Shown here: one piece after another, positions 56,132-64,000 of the stretch
Numbering within the stretch: the first letter of the stretch is position 1
How the letters are laid out: each line of letters opens with the position of its first letter
Virus record (IMG/VR): IMGVR_UViG_3300018426_001942
Span: 1-64,000 of that record
Length of the DNA: 64,000 nucleotides
Source of the DNA: a virus
Reading direction: 5' to 3' (one strand)
Notes under the pieces: model-generated
Told to the model about the DNA's origin: nothing
What the model saw: the letters and a program-made list of their open reading frames with translations, nothing else
Databases searched by the model: none
Program-made: the position numbers and the translations under genes

Positions 56132-56392
56132 ATGGGAAGTCGTGTTTTCGGTGCCGATGAAAAGGCCAAACTAGAAAGACTAGTAAATGAAGGTGTTACA
56201 GTACTACAGGAAGTAGAAGATTTACAGTTAGGTTTAAAAGATACTGTAAAAGCCGTAGCAGAAGAACTTGATATCAAGCCAAGTTTAATTAATAAAGCAA
56301 TTAAAATTGCACAAAAAGGTGATTGGGAAAGAGTGTCTGACGAATTTGATGACTTAGAAACACTAGTTGTCACAGTCGGTAAGGACAAGTAG
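56132..56392 (+). CDS. Putative dsDNA-binding protein (T4 DsbA/GapR-like)
   Basis: Short helical protein, LKDTVKAVAEELDIKPSLINKAIKIA; AAGGAG RBS. Confidence 0.55.
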   Translation: MGSRVFGADEKAKLERLVNEGVTVLQEVEDLQLGLKDTVKAVAEELDIKPSLINKAIKIAQKGDWERVSDEFDDLETLVVTVGKDK

Positions 56393-56670
56393 TGCAAAGT
56401 ATTAGGGAATTTTGGTTAGAAAGTTTGAATTCTGATCCGATTGCACACTATGCAGAAATGGTAGGTGCAATATCTGTTATAATAGGTAGTGCTATACTTA
56501 CATATACTGTACTTGTGCCTAGACCAGATATATTTTTACCCTTTTACTTTGTAGGTAGTTGTGCAAGTTTTTATGGTGCATATAGACGTAAGTTACCTTG
56601 GGTATTAATACTAACTGGATGGTTCATAATTATGAACAGTATCGCCCTATCTAGACTATATATTTTATAA
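56392..56670 (+). CDS. Small multi-TM membrane protein
   Basis: Three hydrophobic segments. Confidence 0.6.
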   Translation: MQSIREFWLESLNSDPIAHYAEMVGAISVIIGSAILTYTVLVPRPDIFLPFYFVGSCASFYGAYRRKLPWVLILTGWFIIMNSIALSRLYIL

Positions 56671-56733
56671 CGCCAAAGGCAATTGCCTGGCAAGTAGAAG
56701 GTTAAGTTGGCCACAAGCAACGAAGGAGAATAA

Positions 56734-59403
56734 ATGAGTTACGTTGACGCTATGTTTGATCGCGATTCTGATATCATCAGAGTTGTAGAGCGTAAAGATG
56801 GAAAGAGACACTTTCACGAGTATCAAGCAAAGTACACATTCTACTACAAAGACGAGCGTGGTAAGTACAAAAGTGTGTACGGAGATCCCCTAACACGTAT
56901 TGTTTGTAAAAACACAAAAGACTTCCGCAAAGAAGTTGCCATCAATAAAAACAAAGAACTTTTTGAAAGCGATATTAATCCGATCTTTCAATGTCTAAGT
57001 GAGAATTATCTCAACCAAGATGCTCCTAAACTAAACATTGCGTTTTTCGATATTGAAACAGACTTTGACCCGGAGCGAGGCTTTGCTGATCCTAGTGATC
57101 CGTTTATGCCCATTACATCCATATCTGTATACTTGCAATGGATGGAAACTATGGTTTGTCTTGCTGTTCCGCCTAAGACACTTACAATGGAGCAGGCAAA
57201 GAAAGAACTTGAAGGTATCGAAAATGTAATGCTGTTTGAACGTGAAGGTGATATGATCGACACGTTCTTAACGCTGATTGAAGATGCTGATATTTTGTCA
57301 GGTTGGAACAGTGAGGGTTATGATATTCCTTACACTGTAAACAGAACAAGTCGTGTACTCAGCAAAGATGATACAAGACGTTTTTGTTTGTGGGGACAAC
57401 TTCCTAAGAAGCGTGAATATGAAAAATATGGGAAGCAAGCAGAAACATTTGACTTAGTAGGTCGTGTGCATTTAGACAGTCTAGAACTATATCGTAAGTA
57501 CACATACGAAGAACGACACTCATATCGATTGGATGCTATTGGTGAGATTGAAGTAGGCGAAAACAAAGTACCATATGAAGGTACATTAGATCAATTATAC
57601 AACAATGACTTCCGCAAATTTATCGAATATAACATACAAGATACCGCACTACTAGACAAACTAGACAAGAAGCTACGCTTTATTGATCTTAGCAATGAAC
57701 TTGCTCATGCAAATACTGTACTACTACAAACTACAATGGGTGCTGTTGCTGTTACAGAGCAAGCGATTGTAAACGAAGCACATAACAGAGGCTTACAAGT
57801 TCCTAATCGTCCTAGACGTGATGATGAGAACACACAAGCCGCAGGTGCATATGTTGCGTTTCCTAAAAAAGGCTTGCATAAATGGATTGGGTCAATGGAC
57901 TTGAACAGTCTATATCCTAGTGTGATTCGTGCGCTGAACATGGCTCCAGAAACAATCATAGGACAAATACGTCCAGAGATATCAGAAGCCCGTGTACACG
58001 AAGATATGACACTTAAAAAGAAGTCATTTGCAGGTAGTTGGGAAGGACGATTTAGCACAGAAGAATATGAAGCTGTTATGGAACAGAAGCGTGATGTTGC
58101 ACTAACTGTGGATTGGGAAAACGGAACCAGCGATGTATTAAGCGGTGCTGAATTATATAAACTAATTTTCGATAGTAATCAACCTTGGATGCTTTCATCT
58201 AATGGTACAATATTTACAACTGAGTTCGAAGGAGTTATTCCCGGACTACTAAAGAGGTGGTATGCAGAACGTAAAGAACTACAAGGTATGCTCAAAAAAG
58301 CAAAAGACGCAGGCAATGAAACTGAAATTGCATTTTGGGACAAACGGCAACTTGTTAAGAAAATTAATCTTAACTCTCTTTACGGGGCCATTCTTAATCC
58401 TGGTTGCAGATTTTTTGACAAAAGGATAGGACAATCAACTACACTTACTGGTCGTACTATTGTTAAACATATGAGTGCAGAAGTAAACAAAGTAATTACA
58501 GGTGAATACGATCATGTAGGCAAAGCAATTATATACGGTGATACAGACTCGGTTTACTTTAGTGCATATCCTGTATTAAAAGATGATATTGACGAAGGAA
58601 AAATTCCTTTTGATAAAGATACTGTGGTAACACTGTATGATCAAGTTTGCGAAGCGGCTAATACTACATTTTCAGACTTTATGGGTGAAGCATTTCATTG
58701 TCCAAAAAGTCGTGCAGAAGTTATTGCCGCTGGTAGAGAAATTGTAGCACAAAGCGGACTGTATATTACTAAGAAGCGTTATGCGGCACTAGTTTATGAT
58801 AACGAAGGCTTTAGAACAGACACAGATGGAAAACCAGGCAAAGTAAAAGCAATGGGCTTAGACTTGAGGCGTTCAGATACTCCTGTGTTTATGCAAGAGT
58901 TTCTAAGTGAAATTCTTCTTATGGTGCTTACAGATGTTCCACAAGAAGAAGTACTTGAACGTATAACTGTATTTAGAAAAGAGTTTGAAAATCGTCCAGG
59001 TTGGGAGAAAGGTTCGCCTAAACGTGCAAACAAGATTGGACACTATCAGAGACTAGAGCAAAAACAAGGCAAGGCAAATATGCCAGGCCACGTACGAGCA
59101 AGCATCAACTGGAATACACTAAAACGTATGAACGGTGACAAGTATTCGCAAGAAATTGTAGATGGTATGAAAGTTATTGTATGCAAATTAAAACAGAATC
59201 CTTTAGGTTATACAAGTGTCGCTTATCCAACAGATGAGCTGCGTATTCCTGAATGGTTTAAAGAACTGCCATTTGATGATTCAGCAATGGCAGAAACAAT
59301 TATCGATAACAAACTTGGAAACTTAATTGGTGTGTTAGACTATCCGCTAGAAGATACAAAGCAACACAATACATTTAACAGTTTGTTTGACTTTGGAGAG
59401 TAA
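56734..59403 (+). CDS. Family B DNA polymerase (gp43-like)
   Basis: FDIET, GWNSEGYD, YNIQD exonuclease motifs; DLNSLYPS, KINLNSLYG, YGDTDS, KKRY. Confidence 0.97.
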   Translation: MSYVDAMFDRDSDIIRVVERKDGKRHFHEYQAKYTFYYKDERGKYKSVYGDPLTRIVCKNTKDFRKEVAINKNKELFESDINPIFQCLSENYLNQDAPKLNIAFFDIETDFDPERGFADPSDPFMPITSISVYLQWMETMVCLAVPPKTLTMEQAKKELEGIENVMLFEREGDMIDTFLTLIEDADILSGWNSEGYDIPYTVNRTSRVLSKDDTRRFCLWGQLPKKREYEKYGKQAETFDLVGRVHLDSLELYRKYTYEERHSYRLDAIGEIEVGENKVPYEGTLDQLYNNDFRKFIEYNIQDTALLDKLDKKLRFIDLSNELAHANTVLLQTTMGAVAVTEQAIVNEAHNRGLQVPNRPRRDDENTQAAGAYVAFPKKGLHKWIGSMDLNSLYPSVIRALNMAPETIIGQIRPEISEARVHEDMTLKKKSFAGSWEGRFSTEEYEAVMEQKRDVALTVDWENGTSDVLSGAELYKLIFDSNQPWMLSSNGTIFTTEFEGVIPGLLKRWYAERKELQGMLKKAKDAGNETEIAFWDKRQLVKKINLNSLYGAILNPGCRFFDKRIGQSTTLTGRTIVKHMSAEVNKVITGEYDHVGKAIIYGDTDSVYFSAYPVLKDDIDEGKIPFDKDTVVTLYDQVCEAANTTFSDFMGEAFHCPKSRAEVIAAGREIVAQSGLYITKKRYAALVYDNEGFRTDTDGKPGKVKAMGLDLRRSDTPVFMQEFLSEILLMVLTDVPQEEVLERITVFRKEFENRPGWEKGSPKRANKIGHYQRLEQKQGKANMPGHVRASINWNTLKRMNGDKYSQEIVDGMKVIVCKLKQNPLGYTSVAYPTDELRIPEWFKELPFDDSAMAETIIDNKLGNLIGVLDYPLEDTKQHNTFNSLFDFGE

Positions 59404-59404
59404 T

Positions 59405-59518
59405 ATGAAAGTAAAAATGGAAATAGAAATTGATACAGAAAGAGATCAAGATCTAGCAACTATACGAGAGCTTATAGAAATGCTAAGAGCTTTAGCAGAA
59501 AACTATGAGGTAGACTAA
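59405..59518 (+). CDS. Micro-protein (37 aa), not in ORF track
   Basis: GGAG RBS; TAATG coupling. Confidence 0.5.
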   Translation: MKVKMEIEIDTERDQDLATIRELIEMLRALAENYEVD

Positions 59519-59712
59519 TGGAATGGGTTTTAGTTTACATTGCATTAACAGCACACGGACACCCTATTGCAAAAGAGTATGGTCGTTTTGACACTGTCAA
59601 TGAGTGTTTTATTGCTAGAGAAAAATTAGCACTTGAGAAAGGTGCTAAGGATGAGTATTTTCCAATAGGTACTCAGGCGGTATGTATAAGATATGAGAGT
59701 TTAAAAACATGA
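59518..59712 (+). CDS. Hypothetical protein
   Basis: GAGG RBS; W-V-L-V start and two Cys. Confidence 0.6.
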   Translation: MEWVLVYIALTAHGHPIAKEYGRFDTVNECFIAREKLALEKGAKDEYFPIGTQAVCIRYESLKT

Positions 59713-59743
59713 TTACAGGAAAATGGCTGTAAGAGGAGGTAAC

Positions 59744-60160
59744 ATGAAGGTAGGATTTACATGTAGTACATTTGATCTACTACATTCTGGGCATGTCCAA
59801 ATGCTTAGGGAAGCAAAAGATCAATGTGATTACTTAATGGTAGGTTTACAAATGGATCCTAGTGTCGATAGACCTAATAAGAACCCTCCGATTCAAACTA
59901 TTGTTGAACGTTATACACAACTAAAGGCTGTAGGTTATGTTGATGAAATTATTCCATACGGAACAGAACAAGATTTAGAAGACATTCTACAACTTTATAA
60001 GATACACGTTCGCATACTTGGAGAAGAATATAGAGATAAAGATTTTACTGGTAAAGATATTTGTCGTCAACGAGACATAGAACTATATTTTAACAAACGA
60101 GATCATAGATTTAGTTCAAGTGGACTAAGAAAAAGTGTTGTAGAAAGAGAAAACAAATGA
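59744..60160 (+). CDS. Glycerol-3-phosphate cytidylyltransferase-like
   Basis: TFDLLHSGH, ER..QL.A..YVDE, RDHRFSSS; GAGGAGG RBS. Confidence 0.85.
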   Translation: MKVGFTCSTFDLLHSGHVQMLREAKDQCDYLMVGLQMDPSVDRPNKNPPIQTIVERYTQLKAVGYVDEIIPYGTEQDLEDILQLYKIHVRILGEEYRDKDFTGKDICRQRDIELYFNKRDHRFSSSGLRKSVVERENK

Positions 60161-60924
60161 AAATTCTTTTAACTGGACATAAAGGCTTCATTGGTTCAAT
60201 GTTGCTGAAACGGTTACAACGTAAAAAGCATATAGTTTATACAATAGACATTGCTGATGGTGCCGATCAAGATCTTTTATACTTTGATAAATGGCCGGAA
60301 CGTGTCGATCTTGTAATACATCTTGCAGGTAAAAGTGGTGTACGTGAAAGTTTAAAAGATCCAGCAGGCTATTGGATGAATAATATAGAAGCAAGCAGAC
60401 GTCTTTTTGAAAAGTTTGAAGATACACGCATTCTTTACGCAAGTAGCTCTAGTGCATATGAGCCTGACCTAAACCCTTATGCTGCTTCTAAGTATTGTTT
60501 AGAAGAATTAGCAGAACGTTATCCTAACACATTAGGTATGCGTTTTCATACAGTTTATTCGGATACATGTACAAGAGAAAATATGTTTTTTAAAAAACTA
60601 AGAGACGGAACTTTAGAATATGTAACAAAACACTATAGAGATTTTGTTCATTTAAACGATGTACTCGATGCTATTGAAATATTAATCAAAGCAGAATACG
60701 TCAAAGGTATAATAGATATAGGAACTGGTGTTCCAGTTAGGATTCAAGACCTAGCACCTGGACTACCCATTCGTCTAAATACCCCTGGAGAGCGTGAGTT
60801 TACTTGCGCAAACACAGAAAAAATTAAGGCCCTTGGTTGGAAACCTAAATACACGGTAGAAAACTTCTTGACAAAGCAAGGCAACGATAATATAATAAAC
60901 ATTACAAATGGAGAACCCTTATGA
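60157..60924 (+). CDS. NAD-dependent sugar epimerase/dehydratase
   Basis: TGHKGFIG, HLAG, ASSSS, YAASK, RDFVH..D. Confidence 0.9.
   Translation: MKILLTGHKGFIGSMLLKRLQRKKHIVYTIDIADGADQDLLYFDKWPERVDLVIHLAGKSGVRESLKDPAGYWMNNIEASRRLFEKFEDTRILYASSSSAYEPDLNPYAASKYCLEELAERYPNTLGMRFHTVYSDTCTRENMFFKKLRDGTLEYVTKHYRDFVHLNDVLDAIEILIKAEYVKGIIDIGTGVPVRIQDLAPGLPIRLNTPGEREFTCANTEKIKALGWKPKYTVENFLTKQGNDNIINITNGEPL
60868..60896 (+). promoter_or_regulatory. Consensus sigma70 promoter inside epimerase 3' end
   Basis: TTGACA-17nt-TATAAT; GGAG RBS follows. Confidence 0.75.
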
Positions 60925-61649
60925 AAGATATTTTACAAGACATTGTAGCTCATACACATGCACTAGGTTTTTTGAATCTAGTTAAAATTAATAGTGATGA
61001 AGGTACATCAGTTGAAAGCATGGCAGATGATAGATCTGTTATCTTATCAGGTGAAACAAATGCACCTGTAGCAGAATTTAAAGGCACGTTTGGTATGCCT
61101 AATTTGGATAAACTTGCATTGCATTTAAAAAATCCTGAATACCAAAAAGATGCTAAACTAGAAGTAGTTGAAGCAGAACGTAACGGTGAAGTTGTTCCTA
61201 CACACATTCACTTTGAAAACGCTGCAGGCGATTTCCAAAATGATTACCGCTTTATGAACAAAGCAATTATTGAGGAAAAACTTAAAACTGTTAAGTTCAA
61301 AGGTGCATCATGGAATGTAACATTTAGTCCTAGTGTTGCAAGTATTGCACGTATGAAACTAATGAGTGCGGCACACAGTGAAGAGCCTACATTTAATGTT
61401 ACTACTAAGGATAATAATCTAGTGTTTAGCTTTGGTGATGCAAGCACACACGCAGGTGAGTTTGTTTTCCAGCACGGTGTAGAAGGTAGTCTTCAACACA
61501 CTTGGAGTTGGCCAGTAGCACAAGTTCAAAGTATTCTTAATCTAGATGGTGATATTACTATGAGCATTTCGGATCAAGGTGCTATGATGATTTCAGTAGA
61601 TAGCGGCATGGTAAAATACGATTACATTCTTCCAGCACAGAGCAAGTAA
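60921..61649 (+). CDS. Probable sliding clamp (gp45/PCNA-like)
   Basis: ~240 aa alternating beta/alpha pattern ending ISDQGAM.I.V...YDYILP; polB and clamp loader in window. Confidence 0.55.
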   Translation: MKDILQDIVAHTHALGFLNLVKINSDEGTSVESMADDRSVILSGETNAPVAEFKGTFGMPNLDKLALHLKNPEYQKDAKLEVVEAERNGEVVPTHIHFENAAGDFQNDYRFMNKAIIEEKLKTVKFKGASWNVTFSPSVASIARMKLMSAAHSEEPTFNVTTKDNNLVFSFGDASTHAGEFVFQHGVEGSLQHTWSWPVAQVQSILNLDGDITMSISDQGAMMISVDSGMVKYDYILPAQSK

Positions 61650-61652
61650 CGA

Positions 61653-63194
61653 ATGAATAAAGACTTAACAGCAACACAAAACGATTATGCGATCTTTCTT
61701 CCTGCACTAAGTGGTTTCTATGCAACTTATGTAGGTAAGCAACGTTTTGATGAATATGTAGATAAGTCACGTATTCCTAGCAACTTTGCTAACGGTGTAG
61801 AGAGTTTAAACTATCTTAACAAACAAGAAGGTCAATTCCAATACAAATGGACACTGTATTCAGCAGGACACGCTGAATTAGACATCAACAAACACGCACC
61901 TAAAGAAGATATGGTGCGAAACAGAGATAGAGAAAATACTTGGCTACTGGGCGACTCGGGTGGCTTCCAAATTGGTAAAGGTGTATGGGAAGGTGACTGG
62001 AAAGATCCAAACTGTCCAAAAGCACAAAAGAAACGTGACGGCGTTCTCCGTTGGATGGATGCTTATATGGATTACGGTATGATACTTGATATTCCTGCTT
62101 GGGTTTCACGTTCACCTGCAGGTGCAAAAGCAACAGGTATTAGCACTTATCAAGATGCTGTAAATGCTACACGTATTAATAACGACTATTGGATGAAGCA
62201 TAGAACAGGTGCTTGTAAGTTCTTAAATGTTTTACAAGGTGAAAATCATGCTGATGCAGAGGATTGGTATCAGCAAATGAAAGACTACTGTGATCCTAAA
62301 AAATATACTGACCATTTTAACGGTTGGTCAATGGGTGGACAGAACATGTGCGACATTCATTTGGTTCTTAAACGTCTAGTTGCATTGAGGTTTGACGGAC
62401 TATTGGAAAAGGGTGTGCATGACGTAATGCACTTCTTAGGTACTTCGAAACTAGAATGGGCTACATTACTAACAGACGTTCAACGAGCTGTTCGTAAGTA
62501 TCACAATCCAAACTTCCAAATTACATTTGATTGTGCTTCACCGTTTCTTGCTACAGCAAACGTACAGATTTATATTCAAAATGAAACCCAAGATAGAAGC
62601 AAATGGGTTTATAGAATGGTTCCGTCTGTTGATAATAAAAAGTATGCAACTGACAGCAGATTATTTAGAGATGCTGTATTACAAGATGGTATTTTTGCTA
62701 ACTTCGAAGATAGTCCGTTAACTACTGGACTTAAGGTATCAGATGTATGTACATATGCACCTGGTGATTTAAACAAAATAGGTAAAGAAGGAAAGACCTC
62801 CTGGGATAGTTTTTCATATGCTATTCAAATGGGCCATAATGTTTGGAGTCATATTAATGCTGTACAAGAAGCAAATAGACAGTACGACAATGGAATTATA
62901 CCGGCAATGCTTGTTGAAGAACGCTTTGACAGGGTATTTTTTAGAGATGTTGTGGAAGCAATATTTGCAACTGACAACAGAGATGAAGCAGAAGCGGTAA
63001 TAGAAGAATTTAGCCGTTTTTGGATGTCTATTATAGGTACTAGAGGTGCTGTTGGTAAGAAGACTGTCAACTCTAGTACATACTTTGATAGTTTATTTGA
63101 AGTTGAACCTACTGTTTCAACTGAAGATGAAGAGCTAGACGAATCAAAATTAGAGGTACTTGAAGATGAGCAACTTCACGGAGAAGCACAATAA
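61653..63194 (+). CDS. tRNA-guanine transglycosylase-fold protein (DpdA-like)
   Basis: DSGGFQ, ILDIP, VLQG, SMGG, HFLGT, FDCAS. Confidence 0.75.
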   Translation: MNKDLTATQNDYAIFLPALSGFYATYVGKQRFDEYVDKSRIPSNFANGVESLNYLNKQEGQFQYKWTLYSAGHAELDINKHAPKEDMVRNRDRENTWLLGDSGGFQIGKGVWEGDWKDPNCPKAQKKRDGVLRWMDAYMDYGMILDIPAWVSRSPAGAKATGISTYQDAVNATRINNDYWMKHRTGACKFLNVLQGENHADAEDWYQQMKDYCDPKKYTDHFNGWSMGGQNMCDIHLVLKRLVALRFDGLLEKGVHDVMHFLGTSKLEWATLLTDVQRAVRKYHNPNFQITFDCASPFLATANVQIYIQNETQDRSKWVYRMVPSVDNKKYATDSRLFRDAVLQDGIFANFEDSPLTTGLKVSDVCTYAPGDLNKIGKEGKTSWDSFSYAIQMGHNVWSHINAVQEANRQYDNGIIPAMLVEERFDRVFFRDVVEAIFATDNRDEAEAVIEEFSRFWMSIIGTRGAVGKKTVNSSTYFDSLFEVEPTVSTEDEELDESKLEVLEDEQLHGEAQ

Positions 63195-63369
63195 AATTGC
63201 AAATTATTTGCAAGAGTTGTATAAACGTCACAGATTACTTGACGACGAAATAAAAGAGTTGTACAATAAGTTTGCAAATGATGGAGAGATTAACCGTAAA
63301 AAAACTAAAAAACTTTGGCTCAAAGATGAAATACACAGGCTTGAAACAGAATTGAAGGACCTAGGATAA
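63166..63369 (+). CDS. Small coiled-coil protein (DUF465-like)
   Basis: HRLLDDEI...KTKKLWLKDEI. Confidence 0.6.
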   Translation: MSNFTEKHNKIANYLQELYKRHRLLDDEIKELYNKFANDGEINRKKTKKLWLKDEIHRLETELKDLG

Positions 63370-63554
63370 TGCCATTACCAGAAGGAAGAACCCCATTAAC
63401 AGACGGCGATATGGTTGTATTGCTACACAACATGGCTCGACAAATGGGCGAGCGTGATAAAACTATGGAAAGTGAAATGCGACAGGTTGCTGATCGTTTT
63501 TCAGAACTTTCTAAAGCGGCAGGTGTTGCACAGCATAAGGCACAACAAGGATGA
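63369..63554 (+). CDS. Hypothetical protein
   Basis: TAATG and ATGA coupling. Confidence 0.6.
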   Translation: MPLPEGRTPLTDGDMVVLLHNMARQMGERDKTMESEMRQVADRFSELSKAAGVAQHKAQQG

Positions 63555-64000
63555 AAAGAGATTACGAAACCGGCGTACAGGAAAATGTAAAATACTTTGT
63601 AGGTACTGAAGTTGAAAAAACTCCTGCCTACGGTATGCGTACACTGTTTGTTACAGATGTACAACCTGTAGATGAAATTGAATTTTGGTACGAAAAAGAA
63701 CAGTGCGAACATATCTTCTTTGGTGCTAATCACAGTTTTAACCCTGAAGATCCGTGTAATGACGAAAGTTTATACGATTACTATCGTAAATGGGAAGACA
63801 TGATCGAATACTTCTTAAATAAAGACATTCTTTGCACACTTGATATTCCTCTTAGTGCAGCACAAGGTACGTTCCACGACGGCGGACTATGTGAAAAAGA
63901 TAACTTTATTCCGCAAATTCGTGTTCCATTGCCTTACACGAAACTTTGGAACTACAACACAATGATTAAGATTGATGATGTAGATTTTAAGGCAACTAAC
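63551..64000 (+). CDS. Hypothetical protein, runs off window
   Basis: Open 150 codons: MKRDY...FVGTEVEKTPAYGMRTLFV...HIFFGANHSF. Confidence 0.7.
   Translation, partial: MKRDYETGVQENVKYFVGTEVEKTPAYGMRTLFVTDVQPVDEIEFWYEKEQCEHIFFGANHSFNPEDPCNDESLYDYYRKWEDMIEYFLNKDILCTLDIPLSAAQGTFHDGGLCEKDNFIPQIRVPLPYTKLWNYNTMIKIDDVDFKATN

Noticed and set aside
57930-58210. Insertion after motif A of PolB as an intein or intron
   Set aside because: Frame is continuous, the insert is short, and there are no C/S...HN splice motifs
1-64000. tRNA genes, CRISPR arrays, stop-codon reassignment
   Set aside because: Few intergenic gaps and no cloverleaf or repeat-spacer pattern seen by eye; genes end normally in TAA, TAG and TGA with high coding density

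Overview
The window is about 64 kb of an AT-rich, gene-dense, large T4-like tailed phage genome, almost all coded on the + strand. The host is probably a marine proteobacterium; this is inferred from the proteobacterial-type IscU and 7Fe ferredoxin, consensus sigma70 promoters and Gram-negative spanins. Order of blocks: uvsE, a 2OG oxygenase and IscA; a ~31 kb block of very large virion (baseplate/fibre) genes (3.4-34.5 kb); a truncated DnaE-like gene, GroES, NTP pyrophosphatase, exonuclease, clamp loader, ferredoxin, thyX and phoH; a lysis cassette (GH19 endolysin, ACP-like gene, spanins); iscU and tiny membrane peptides; DnaJ, PDF and ClpA; a cluster of probable capsid-packaged polyproteins; then family-B DNA polymerase, cytidylyltransferase, epimerase, sliding clamp and a TGT/DpdA-like protein. 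I saw no tRNA, rRNA, CRISPR array or IS element. Main observations: (1) four tandem ~155-aa phycobiliprotein-like repeats that keep the K-C-x-R-D bilin-attachment motif, inserted in a virion protein; (2) a cluster of modular proteins with T4-like capsid-targeting starts and recurrent putative prohead-protease Glu sites; (3) an acyl carrier protein homologue with Glu in place of the phosphopantetheine Ser; (4) a DnaE fragment that stops just before the catalytic aspartates; (5) ATAAATA late promoters placed to give leaderless mRNAs. All calls come from reading motifs by eye; no searches were run.
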